From IMG/VR virus record IMGVR_UViG_3300030330_006019, positions 32,001 to 96,000 of that record: a stretch of 64,000 bases of DNA, one strand, 5' to 3'. Below, piece by piece: positions 54,702-64,000 of the stretch; position 1 is the stretch's first letter; every line of letters starts with the position of its first letter. Made by a program: the position numbers and the translations under genes. The notes beneath the pieces were generated by a model that had not been told where the DNA came from, ran no database searches, and was given only the letters and a program-made list of their open reading frames with translations. The stretch comes from a virus. Lineage: Duplodnaviria > Caudoviricetes.

Positions 54702-57596
54702 TTATTTTCCAGCCTGTTTAGATAATCTCATCATTCCATCAACGGTGGTTTCCCAATCACCACCTTGTATTGTATGTCCAACCTTTGTAACCATAAATAA
54801 TGCAGCTCGTGAATGTCTTCTTGGTAAAGCTGCTCTCATTGAAAATGCATTACCCATATATATTCCAGATATACCGTCTGTAGTAAATCCAACATTAAAT
54901 GGAAGAAGTGGCGAGTATTCATCCTCTTCAGTAGCAGCTTCTGAGTCTTCACCTTCAGCTTGTATATTCATTTGCTGAGATGCTTGTAAGTAACCTCCAC
55001 CAACAAATAACTGTGCTGACTTTTCCACTAAGTTATCTAGACCATCCTTTGCAATTTCAAATGCATCTGTTGTATACTCACCATACGCATTCCACATTGA
55101 AATCATAAATGTTTCATCAGCTGTTAATGTTGGGTTATCTGTGTCTGTTGACTTTACAGTTTCAGATGCATATAATCTATCTTGAATTCTAGCAGATTGT
55201 ACAGAAAATGCTCCACCTGAAGTTGCACCGGCTTTGTCATCATCATCTTTAAGTGCAGATGTTGCACCAATAAACATCATTGCTTGTAAACCAGTTGGTA
55301 TTTTTGATGTCATAGTAACATTTCTAACTAAAGAAAATTTAGTAAGTGCTCCGAAGTCATATGCAAATTGTAAGTCTGAACCTGACATATCGATATGTGC
55401 ATTTGTGTATTCATTTGAGTACATTTGCTTTTCGGCCTCTTCATCATATGTTGAAGGAGAATCTGCATCTGCACTAACAGTTTCCCACTTACCTTCTCCT
55501 CCACGACCAAATGCACTTAAGTTTGAATTCATTACATTCATGTCTTTCATTTCTATACCTGGAGTATTGGGGTTATCAACAATAACTGGGTCCCATTGAT
55601 TTCCAAAACAACTATTTACATTTTCACAAAGTGTCATTAAAAAATCTTTAATACTATTTCTACTAGGTTCAGTTGCAAGGGTTCTTAATACATCTTCAAT
55701 TAAATCAAAGTTTACATATACACCTCTTAATGGCATTGCAGTTGCTTTTACATCGTAGATACTACCTGTACCTTTTATTTTTTTATTACCTTTTTTTAGT
55801 ACTTCCACATTTATCTTACCAGCTTTAGTCCATACCTTTCTTCCATTTGTAACTTGTCCTGGGCAAACAACCCACCTTCTTCTATATTCATCGTCAAAAC
55901 TTAAAGCTTTATCTGAGTTTTCCTCACTAGCCTCTTGCTTTGATTTATGGTAGTCTTTTAACAAGTCTTTATATTTTTGCCATGTTTTGTATTGTCCTGG
56001 CCAGATACATAGTGTTGGGTCTGAACTAATTGGTTCTAATAACTCGTTTACTTCTTTTTCTTCTTCTGAATTATTTTCTTTTGCTTCTTTTACACATCTC
56101 CAATTAAACATATTCGGAATAAACCCACCATACTTAGCATCACGTGATCCACCTTTTTTTAATTTAACAGCACGCTTATATCTTTGAACTGCACTAAGTA
56201 CAAAAAAGTTATCTGCAAGTTCTCCACTTGCTAAGTCATTCATTTCCCAAGATAATACTCTACATAGTACGTCTTCAATAAATCTCCAACTTACATATGT
56301 AACTTTTGTATCTTGGTCCTTTCCTATAAGTGTTTGAAATGAATATATGTGATTTTGACCTTTATATGTTGCAAAGTATTCACCAACTTGGCCACCAAAC
56401 TTATTTGGCTGACCTGACCTTAATTTTATTTGAGGTATTGAATATTTTCCTTTTTCACCATCATCATGTGAAAAACATACTCTACAATTTATAACATCTT
56501 CCTTTTTTCCTTTAGTATTATATTTTAACCAAAGTTCTCTTTCACCTAAGTTTAGATTTTTTTTCATCCATGCCCTAGTTGAACTATCACTTAGTCCTTT
56601 TTTTAATGCATTACCTTGTATTGCTGGATTTGATATATCACCATCTTCTGTTAAACTTTCACCTTCAATAAATGCACGTATTGCTTTAATATCTGATAAT
56701 GGTTCAGCACTATCTTCATCTCCATTTTTTGGTGTAATTGTAAATCCTAAATTGTTTTTCTTTAATGGAGCATCAACAACAAATGAATTAGGACTCATTA
56801 AATCCACTTGGCAATCATAACCAGAATCTTGTCTAACTGTGTATTGAAAATTACTAATTACACCAAGCATTCCATCATATAGTCCTGCCTGGTTTGGTTC
56901 ATTACTCTCACCTGTTCCTAAACTTCTGTCACGAATTGCAGTAACATACTCATCTTGACTTCCTGCTTCTGGTAAAAAAGAACCTTTATAATGTGACCAA
57001 CCCCATTCCAATACTACACTAATACCAGGTGTCATATATAACATTTGGTAAATATGTAAATCAGTTTCTGTAAAAACTGTAAAATCTATTTTTGCTTTTC
57101 TAATGGAACCCATCATACCTGACTGGTCAATTGAAACCCTAGTTATACCAGGTGCTGGTGTATTTCTAAAATTACTTCCAGGTCTATACCAAAGATTCTT
57201 TGGAGAGTTTTGTGTAAACTTTTGAGGAGTATTTCCTGGTGCATCTGCATTTATTTGTCCACCAAAAAGTTGAAAGTTAAGTCTTAAGTTTTTAACAAAG
57301 TCACTATCAGAAGTATGTTTTTTACCATTATATATAATATCATCAGAAATTACTGCATTTGATAACATTTTTACCCATGCAGTTTTTCCTGCAGGTTCTT
57401 CCAATCCAGCATAAAATTGATTACCTGCTTTATTAGGAAGACCTATTGCAGTGAAGCCTTCTGCATTAGTAGAACGAATTCCACGTAGTTTACCAAACTC
57501 AGTATGTGTACCCTTTGACAATTGATACTGTCTTGCGTTTAACCTTTGTTGAATATTGGGGTCAATAGGGTCTAAAAATATTCCTCTCCATGACAT
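54702..57596 (-). CDS. Putative baseplate hub-like structural protein
   Basis: PGITRV..., YMTPGISVVLEWGWS, YDGMLGVISNF, C-terminal GISG..GNAF...FMVTKVGHTI...WETTV; follows LysM-like gene. Confidence 0.6.
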   Translation of the reverse strand: MSWRGIFLDPIDPNIQQRLNARQYQLSKGTHTEFGKLRGIRSTNAEGFTAIGLPNKAGNQFYAGLEEPAGKTAWVKMLSNAVISDDIIYNGKKHTSDSDFVKNLRLNFQLFGGQINADAPGNTPQKFTQNSPKNLWYRPGSNFRNTPAPGITRVSIDQSGMMGSIRKAKIDFTVFTETDLHIYQMLYMTPGISVVLEWGWSHYKGSFLPEAGSQDEYVTAIRDRSLGTGESNEPNQAGLYDGMLGVISNFQYTVRQDSGYDCQVDLMSPNSFVVDAPLKKNNLGFTITPKNGDEDSAEPLSDIKAIRAFIEGESLTEDGDISNPAIQGNALKKGLSDSSTRAWMKKNLNLGERELWLKYNTKGKKEDVINCRVCFSHDDGEKGKYSIPQIKLRSGQPNKFGGQVGEYFATYKGQNHIYSFQTLIGKDQDTKVTYVSWRFIEDVLCRVLSWEMNDLASGELADNFFVLSAVQRYKRAVKLKKGGSRDAKYGGFIPNMFNWRCVKEAKENNSEEEKEVNELLEPISSDPTLCIWPGQYKTWQKYKDLLKDYHKSKQEASEENSDKALSFDDEYRRRWVVCPGQVTNGRKVWTKAGKINVEVLKKGNKKIKGTGSIYDVKATAMPLRGVYVNFDLIEDVLRTLATEPSRNSIKDFLMTLCENVNSCFGNQWDPVIVDNPNTPGIEMKDMNVMNSNLSAFGRGGEGKWETVSADADSPSTYDEEAEKQMYSNEYTNAHIDMSGSDLQFAYDFGALTKFSLVRNVTMTSKIPTGLQAMMFIGATSALKDDDDKAGATSGGAFSVQSARIQDRLYASETVKSTDTDNPTLTADETFMISMWNAYGEYTTDAFEIAKDGLDNLVEKSAQLFVGGGYLQASQQMNIQAEGEDSEAATEEDEYSPLLPFNVGFTTDGISGIYMGNAFSMRAALPRRHSRAALFMVTKVGHTIQGGDWETTVDGMMRLSKQAGK

Positions 57597-57602
57597 AACT
57601 TA

Positions 57603-57902
57603 TTATCCTCTATTTTGTATTTGTTCATATAGTATTTCAACATCTTGTACATCACCAGGTATTCTAAGTTGAATTCCACTTTCCAAAGCTGTTGTTCCTA
57701 GTCCTACACTATTTGCAGATGCTATTATCCACCAAAATTCTGGTGAGCCATAGTACTGATTTGCTATTAAGTCTAGTCTATCACCAGTTACCGTTATGAC
57801 ATAAATATCATTTGGAGACTTTGGTATAGTTGGCATAATGGTTGTTTGATACCTATCCTTATTATCTATATTTTTTTGAAATGTAAATTGTCCTCTATTC
57901 AT
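57603..57902 (-). CDS. LysM-like baseplate wedge protein (gp53/tail X-like)
   Basis: GDRLDLIANQYYGSPEFWWIIASAN...QLRIP. Confidence 0.85.
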   Translation of the reverse strand: MNRGQFTFQKNIDNKDRYQTTIMPTIPKSPNDIYVITVTGDRLDLIANQYYGSPEFWWIIASANSVGLGTTALESGIQLRIPGDVQDVEILYEQIQNRG

Positions 57903-57913
57903 TACCTATCTCC

Positions 57914-60529
57914 TTATGGTCCAGCCAATCCACCAATTACACTATCATCATCTTGACCTGGATCTTCTGGTGCATCAAGTGGTGGTATTGTGTCTGGTAC
58001 TAGGTTCATATTAGGAACCGCAGGTTCTTTATGATATTCTGGTTTACCACCTTCTATATAATTGTTGTTAAGATATGGCAATCCTGTTTCTAAGTCAACA
58101 GAACCATCTTCTTGTACAGTTCTTGCAGGTCCAAATAGATTCATTCTACCTGCTTGTTCAAATTCATGATTTATAACTGCAAATGTAACATTAATATCAA
58201 CGTGTCTTGGCAACTGCCAGTAATCTGCATTTTGTAGTGGTTGGAGTTTTACACCTTTTCTGTTTTCATATTCTGGAATTACACCACCACCATATATGTC
58301 CCACATTGTGTTATCTGGGAACGTCATATTAAATGTTGTTAGTACTCCAGGTAAATCTACATATAAGTCACCAACTGTTAATGTCATAATTGGTGCACCC
58401 ATAAAACCAGCACCTAGTTGATGCGGATATGTATATGATGCTAATGTGTTTAATTTATTCCACATTGGTGCCATTTCATTTTTACTGTTTGCATATACAG
58501 AAAAATTAAAACCAATATTTCTAATAGTGTTTTGATATATCATTCCAGTACTTGACCGTCCTATATAATTTATAGGAACATATGTTGGTACAAATGAATC
58601 AGTTAAACCTGTAACAGTTTCACGAAAGTACATTGCATCTATTTGTTTTGACGCTGGTGCCGCTGTTCCATCATCTTTTTCAGTAGCAGCTACACCATGA
58701 AAATTAAATTTAATCAATTGACTGTTTAGACCATCTGCTGGTTGTTCACCTGTCATTAACATATTTATTTTATCATGTATACCTCCAACGTAGGTTTCAC
58801 TATGTAATGCAAAAGGTTTAGTCTTATCAAGATTAAATTGACCTGAGTTTGGATATCCAAGTCTTGCTTCTAAACTATTTTGCTGATAAAAGTTTTTACC
58901 TAAACCTGGGTCACGACCTCTAGCCTTTCCAAACAATCCTCTTATAGCTCTAAAGTCAATTGGATGTATAGACCTTCCACCTTTTCTCTTAATTCTTGCT
59001 TTAAGTATTTGAAAATATGTAAGTGTTTGGAAATTTGGAGTTCTATCTGCTGTTTGATTTGCCTTTTGTTTTGCAACAATATCATCAATCATATTAGGGT
59101 TTCCTGTAGCTATTGCTGTGTCAACATCAGCATTGAGTTCAGAATTAGATAGTTGATTATTTTCTTTTCTATCTATTCTGGAACCTAAAGACCTTGATAG
59201 TAACAAACTTTGTATTCCAAATAATTTATCTAACCAAAATATACCATTAGGACTTATTGCAAATTTACCAACTCTTATAACATCAAATACAAATCTTTCA
59301 ACAAGTGCAGCTACATCACCAAGGCCTGCAGGAACTTTGTCTGCATCAGCCAAACCAAATCCCCAAGTTTGTGGTTCAGGTTCACCATCTGGAAATTTTC
59401 CTCCACTTCTTTGTATACCTCTAAGAATAAACGGTTGGTCTGTTATTGCTCCCCAAGAAAACTTATTTGGTGAATCTTTTCTTAAATTAAACTTTAAGTA
59501 TTGTGATTTTAATATTGAACCATTTGCCTCTTCTGACATTGCATATCTTGCAAGAGGGCTATTATCTGGGTCATTGCTACCAAGTAAAACTTTTTGGTCA
59601 TATCTATTTCCACCAGATGCACCAAACAATTCATTACTATATGTTGCTATTGGATTTGTACCTTGATAGTAATTTACATGGTCCATTTGTGATAGAGCAT
59701 TATCAGTGCCTGGATTTGTCAAGAATAGTGTTCCACCTTCTGTTGATGATTGTTGTGACTTCACTGCTAATGGTGATGAATCGTTTCCAGCACGAATTGG
59801 TACTGTCTGAGTATACTGTGAAGTTTGAATAAATGGTGGTGTAAAGTTAAAAAATTGAGATAGATTTTCTGAAACAATATTTGTTAATGTTAAATTACCA
59901 GTTATAGGGTCATTGGGTCCACTAGAAAGAATACTATCACCTGGAGCCGGTGCATCACCAAATGTTCCATTGACTGAGCTATATGTTGTTACGTTATCCC
60001 ATATTGTATTTGGCTGCTGGGCTGCTGGGATTCCAGAAACATTTGTTCCAGTACTACCTATTCCAGCATTTGCACCAAGTAGTGCACTTTCTTGTATACC
60101 TTCATCAGGACTAATATCTATGTATTGTCCATGTAAGTCTCTATATGCATCACCACCTATTTGGTAAATTTGGGTAAACCCGTAATCAGTACCATCCTGG
60201 TTTGTTGTTGTTACACCTTGGCCATGAGCCTCAATACCAGACCCTGGGTCAATATCCATAAATTCACCATTAACTATTGAATATTTTAATTGCTGAGTAA
60301 AAATTGGTAAAAATTCACTAGTTATTACATTGGTTGCTGTATTGTCAACATTTGTTATTTCAACACCAACACCTACAGCATTATCACCTTTTTCACCATG
60401 AATATCGCTATATGTTACACCATCTAACTGATATACATTTGGTGCAGTTGGTGTACCTGAAACATTATGTAATGCTGTTCCATTAGTTTCATACCAATCT
60501 TTAAGATTTGTGTTAGTAGGTACTGGCAT
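57914..60529 (-). CDS. Baseplate/tail-tube initiator-like structural protein with long N-terminal extension
   Basis: C-terminal FR..VTGLTDSF..NYIGR...Y.NTIRNIGFNF...KLNTLAS..YP...LTVGDLY...LPRHVDINVTF; between TMP and LysM genes. Confidence 0.65.
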   Translation of the reverse strand: MPVPTNTNLKDWYETNGTALHNVSGTPTAPNVYQLDGVTYSDIHGEKGDNAVGVGVEITNVDNTATNVITSEFLPIFTQQLKYSIVNGEFMDIDPGSGIEAHGQGVTTTNQDGTDYGFTQIYQIGGDAYRDLHGQYIDISPDEGIQESALLGANAGIGSTGTNVSGIPAAQQPNTIWDNVTTYSSVNGTFGDAPAPGDSILSSGPNDPITGNLTLTNIVSENLSQFFNFTPPFIQTSQYTQTVPIRAGNDSSPLAVKSQQSSTEGGTLFLTNPGTDNALSQMDHVNYYQGTNPIATYSNELFGASGGNRYDQKVLLGSNDPDNSPLARYAMSEEANGSILKSQYLKFNLRKDSPNKFSWGAITDQPFILRGIQRSGGKFPDGEPEPQTWGFGLADADKVPAGLGDVAALVERFVFDVIRVGKFAISPNGIFWLDKLFGIQSLLLSRSLGSRIDRKENNQLSNSELNADVDTAIATGNPNMIDDIVAKQKANQTADRTPNFQTLTYFQILKARIKRKGGRSIHPIDFRAIRGLFGKARGRDPGLGKNFYQQNSLEARLGYPNSGQFNLDKTKPFALHSETYVGGIHDKINMLMTGEQPADGLNSQLIKFNFHGVAATEKDDGTAAPASKQIDAMYFRETVTGLTDSFVPTYVPINYIGRSSTGMIYQNTIRNIGFNFSVYANSKNEMAPMWNKLNTLASYTYPHQLGAGFMGAPIMTLTVGDLYVDLPGVLTTFNMTFPDNTMWDIYGGGVIPEYENRKGVKLQPLQNADYWQLPRHVDINVTFAVINHEFEQAGRMNLFGPARTVQEDGSVDLETGLPYLNNNYIEGGKPEYHKEPAVPNMNLVPDTIPPLDAPEDPGQDDDSVIGGLAGP

Positions 60530-63500
60530 TACATTACTCCTCTAGGTGCCATTGATGCATGAACAGTTTCACCAACCTTTTTACCGTCCATATTTAATGT
60601 TATTGTTCCTTCTTTAGTTACTCGTATAAGATGATGTAATGCATCCATTAGTTCTTTATGTTGTCTATTTCTGTCTTTTTCTCTTTCATCTTCTTTATCT
60701 GACTCATCACTAAATAAACTACCGACTGTATCAAATACCTTTCCAGCTCCACCAGCAACACCTTGTGCAAAACTCTTAAATGGATTTTTAGTTGCCAAGA
60801 TATAATCAGCAGGGTCTGTTTGTATCATAGTACCATCACTTGTGATAATACCATCATCCCAGAATGTTACAGCATCCCATATTTGACCACCAACATCTTT
60901 TGCACCTTCCCATGCACTACTAACTAAACTCTTAGCTTTATCAAATGCACCTGATGCAAATCCTTTTATACTATCCCAAACACCACTTGCTCTTTCCTTT
61001 ATACTATCCCAATATGCAAGTCCTTTTTCTTTAAGTGATGACATTGTACTCTTCCAAGATTCAGGTAACTTGTCATACATTCCTTTTGCATAACCCTTTG
61101 CACTTTCCCAAACTTCACTAGCCTTTCCTTTTACACCATCCCAAACTTCAGTTGCCTTTCCAGTTATTCCGTCCCATACTTCAGTTGCCTTTCCTTTTAC
61201 GCCGTCCCATACTTCAGTTGCTTTACCTGTTATACTATTCCATGCACTTGAAGCAAGACCAGTTATACCACTCCATACATTACTTGCAAACCCTTTTATA
61301 CCTTCCCATGCTTTTGATGCAAATTGTTTTGTAGCTTCCCACTTTTCTTTTGCAAAGTCACCCATTCTACTCCACCATGTTTTACCATAATCTTCTTCCA
61401 TTTCAAGTTTTGTTGCATTTAACTTTGCCTCTTCATCCAGTCTAAATTGTTTCATTTCCTCTTCAACTTTTGCCTGGATGTCTTTCTTTTGTTGTGCAGT
61501 TGCATTTTCATATCCACCTATTTCATCATATAGGTCAGCCTGTAATTCAATTGCTTTATTTTTTATACGTTCATCAGATGCCATTACCTCCATTATCCAT
61601 GCTTGTGAAAAACTACCAACGTCTGAACTTATATCTTGAAGACGATTACCAAACTGTCTCATACTAGAAAAATCTTCTTGCATTTGGTCATCCAACTTGT
61701 TGATTATGCTTTGTTTCATTTCAGCATCTTCAACACCTGAAGTATACAAGTCGTACATTTGTTTTTTGTAGTGAGGGAACTCATCAAAGAATTCTGCCAT
61801 TGTTCCACCACCATCATCAATAAAGTTTTGTGCTTGCCTTTCTACACGTTCAGCTATTTCCGGTGGAAACATTGCTCCAATAATTTCGGATTCATTATCG
61901 TTAAAAAATCCAGAGGCTTCTTCAATAGCAGCTTGTTGTTGTGATAGTGCATTGTCTTGGGCATAAACTGCTTCCAAATTTGCATTGGATTGCTCATCCA
62001 AACTATTCATTAATTCCTGTACGTGTGCAGGTATTTCTCCATATTTTCCAACTAGTCTATCTTCTATATCGGTTCTTGCTTTATATGCATCATTTAATCT
62101 TTCTGATGCTTTATCAAAACTGTTTGCAAATGCATCACTACTACCTATAACTTTTCCAGTAAAGTATCCTATACCAGCACCAATACCAGCACCAAGTAAT
62201 GTACCAACACCTGGAATTACACTACCAATAGCAGCTCCTAGTGCAGCACCTGTTGCGGCTCCGGCAGCACCTGTATTTGCAGCACCTCTTTCACGACCAC
62301 TTCTTGATGTTGATGCGTCACTTAAATCTTTTGCAACCATTACACCAGTTGTTATAAGACCTGCTGCTCCACTTAATGCCTTTATTGCACTACCACCACC
62401 TAACTTAGCTAATGTTTTGAATCCACTTTTACCAAACCCTTTTATAATACCACGATTAAGAGTTCTTGTAATATTTTTTGGACTAAATCCTTTTTTAAGA
62501 TATTTGAATATGTCACCTTTCTTTGCACCTCTTATCATATCAGTGAAGCCATCTCCACCACCGCCACCGCCAATTGGTGAAGTAACCATTGGATTCATCA
62601 TAGTACCTTTTTCAAAGAAGTTACTCTTTCCTCCAAATAATGTCTTTAATGCATTAAATGCTTTCTTTAATATGTATGCACCAGTAATAACACCTGCTAT
62701 CTTAAGAAGTGTTCCACCATTTTTCTCTAAAAAATCAATAACTGTTGGTAAATGTTTAAGAACAAAATTTTGAATGTTCTTTTTAATATTTTCAATCTTT
62801 TCTGCTATACCTGAGAATTGACTTGCAATTGCATCTTCTCTCATTTCTTTAGCTTCAGCTGCACTTACATTTCCTGCACCTTGTGCTAATGTACCAGTAT
62901 CTCCAGCCATTTGGTCGCCAGCTGCTATTTTTTCTCGTGTCTCTAGTGATTTTTCAAGTTCACCAACTTCTAATCCTGCAGCTTTAGCAATTGCTTCTTT
63001 CTGTAGAATATTCATTTTGTTGAATTCTGCTACACCACCTACTTGGTCAAGTATTGCTTTACTTGCACCGGCAGTATCACCTTCTAATGCCAACTGTCTT
63101 GCTTTATCAAAATTAAGTTGTTTACCAGTCAACATTTGAGCTTCCATTTGAGCCTCAAGTGAAGATTCAATATCAAGTAAACCTCTAGCCATTTTAGCTT
63201 GCTGAGATAAGTTAAGACCAATCTTTTTACCAAGCATTACTTGTTTTTCAAGTTCACCGTTTTCTTTTTGATACATTGCAAGTACATCATCACCAGCTTT
63301 AGCAATCTCTTCTTGTATCTCTGCAATTGTAAAGTTAGTGCCCATTTGTTCATTGAGCATTTTGGTTGTTCTATCAACATGGTCAGCATACTTGTCAAAT
63401 GACATATTCATTCTGCTGGCATTTTTATACATAGATGCTATTGTGTCAGCACCAAGACCCATGTTTTTATTTAACCTAGCCATTAGGTTGGCTTCTTTAG

Positions 63501-64000
63501 CTGTAAGTTGTGGAAGGAATCCCATTGACTCTTGTACAGCCGTCATTGATGAAGCAAATGCATCACCATAATATTTTACACCACTTAAACCTCTTGTTAA
63601 ATTAGCAACACCTTTTCCACTTAACTTTAGACTTCGCTGAACACCAGTTGCTGCTGAGTCTATTTCATACATTAAGTCACGTGCACGTTGAATTTGTTGA
63701 AAGATAAATGAAAAGATTCCACCTATAGCGGCCATTATTAAACCACCAAATACCATCTTAACAACACTACCCATTCCCTTAAAACCTTTTTTCATTCTCT
63801 CCTGTTGTGTCATTGATTTATCAAAGAATGCTCCCATTGCTTTTTTAGCATCTTCGGCACCATCCTCAATACTCTGTGCAAGGTTATCACCAATGAACGG
63901 AACATTTCTTGCCATATCTGCAAATTTTCCAGATACTTTGTCAATATTCATATTCATTTTATTTTGTGCACGCTCAACCTTTTTTAAGGTCTTTTCATAT
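60529..64000 (-). CDS. Tape measure protein (5' end beyond window)
   Basis: Long helical Ala/Gly-rich protein with 11-residue Trp repeats and terminal LNMDGKKVG; frame stays open from 63957 to the window edge. Confidence 0.88.
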   Translation of the reverse strand, partial: YEKTLKKVERAQNKMNMNIDKVSGKFADMARNVPFIGDNLAQSIEDGAEDAKKAMGAFFDKSMTQQERMKKGFKGMGSVVKMVFGGLIMAAIGGIFSFIFQQIQRARDLMYEIDSAATGVQRSLKLSGKGVANLTRGLSGVKYYGDAFASSMTAVQESMGFLPQLTAKEANLMARLNKNMGLGADTIASMYKNASRMNMSFDKYADHVDRTTKMLNEQMGTNFTIAEIQEEIAKAGDDVLAMYQKENGELEKQVMLGKKIGLNLSQQAKMARGLLDIESSLEAQMEAQMLTGKQLNFDKARQLALEGDTAGASKAILDQVGGVAEFNKMNILQKEAIAKAAGLEVGELEKSLETREKIAAGDQMAGDTGTLAQGAGNVSAAEAKEMREDAIASQFSGIAEKIENIKKNIQNFVLKHLPTVIDFLEKNGGTLLKIAGVITGAYILKKAFNALKTLFGGKSNFFEKGTMMNPMVTSPIGGGGGGDGFTDMIRGAKKGDIFKYLKKGFSPKNITRTLNRGIIKGFGKSGFKTLAKLGGGSAIKALSGAAGLITTGVMVAKDLSDASTSRSGRERGAANTGAAGAATGAALGAAIGSVIPGVGTLLGAGIGAGIGYFTGKVIGSSDAFANSFDKASERLNDAYKARTDIEDRLVGKYGEIPAHVQELMNSLDEQSNANLEAVYAQDNALSQQQAAIEEASGFFNDNESEIIGAMFPPEIAERVERQAQNFIDDGGGTMAEFFDEFPHYKKQMYDLYTSGVEDAEMKQSIINKLDDQMQEDFSSMRQFGNRLQDISSDVGSFSQAWIMEVMASDERIKNKAIELQADLYDEIGGYENATAQQKKDIQAKVEEEMKQFRLDEEAKLNATKLEMEEDYGKTWWSRMGDFAKEKWEATKQFASKAWEGIKGFASNVWSGITGLASSAWNSITGKATEVWDGVKGKATEVWDGITGKATEVWDGVKGKASEVWESAKGYAKGMYDKLPESWKSTMSSLKEKGLAYWDSIKERASGVWDSIKGFASGAFDKAKSLVSSAWEGAKDVGGQIWDAVTFWDDGIITSDGTMIQTDPADYILATKNPFKSFAQGVAGGAGKVFDTVGSLFSDESDKEDEREKDRNRQHKELMDALHHLIRVTKEGTITLNMDGKKVGETVHASMAPRGVM
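61095..61335 (-). repeat. 33-nt (11-aa) tandem repeats in tape measure gene
   Basis: KATEVWDGVKG / KATEVWDGITG / KATEVWDGVKG / KASEVWESAKG; plus-strand cccatacttcagttgc recurs at 33-nt spacing. Confidence 0.85.

Noticed and set aside
61095-61335. 33-nt repeats as a CRISPR array or DGR repeat
   Set aside because: They are in-frame coding repeats with Trp periodicity typical of tape measure proteins, with no spacers and no reverse transcriptase.
253-63571. All plus-strand ORFs in the track (for example 28599..29162 and 61985..62773)
   Set aside because: They are antisense shadows of well-supported minus-strand genes, with no recognisable motifs.
1-64000. Stop-codon reassignment
   Set aside because: Genes are full-length and densely packed under the standard code, and TAA, TAG and TGA all end genes at sensible positions.
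1-64000. Bacterial chromosome/prophage or eukaryotic giant virus origin
   Set aside because: Single-strand dense coding with tape measure, baseplate and T4-like replisome genes, no integrase and no NCLDV core genes indicates a large tailed phage.

Overview
A 64 kb, AT-rich (visually about 30% GC) segment of a large lytic dsDNA tailed phage of T4-like/myovirus style. Every supported gene lies on the minus strand and the standard genetic code fits. In transcription order (right to left) it contains: (1) a tail/baseplate module with a tape measure gene running off the right edge; (2) a replication block with a short family-A polymerase, an Hc1 histone-like protein missing from the ORF track, SSB, RecA/UvsX, 5'-3' exonuclease, DnaB-like helicase, class II RNR and cysteine synthase; (3) a cytosine hypermodification cluster with a dCMP-hydroxymethylase-like enzyme, dUTPase, HAD phosphatase, nucleotidyltransferase-kinase fusion, T4 beta-glucosyltransferase-like GT and an atypical C5 methyltransferase; (4) tRNA-His, family-B polymerase, GroES/GroEL and a PD-(D/E)XK exonuclease; (5) a roughly 24 kb glycan/sulfation island (APS kinase-HAD, sulfotransferase, many GT2/GT4, SIS-HAD, Maf-like GT, KdsB, Gmd, DegT, NeuB, NeuA, GT29 sialyltransferase-like); (6) a putative lysin and small proteins with capsid-targeting-like N-termini. 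The best novelty candidates are the hypermodification cluster, a roughly 290-nt multi-hairpin non-coding element with a possible kissing loop downstream of recA, and two phage-encoded ulosonic-acid activation/transfer cassettes plus a minimal PAPS route. All assignments come from reading motifs by eye; no database searches were run.
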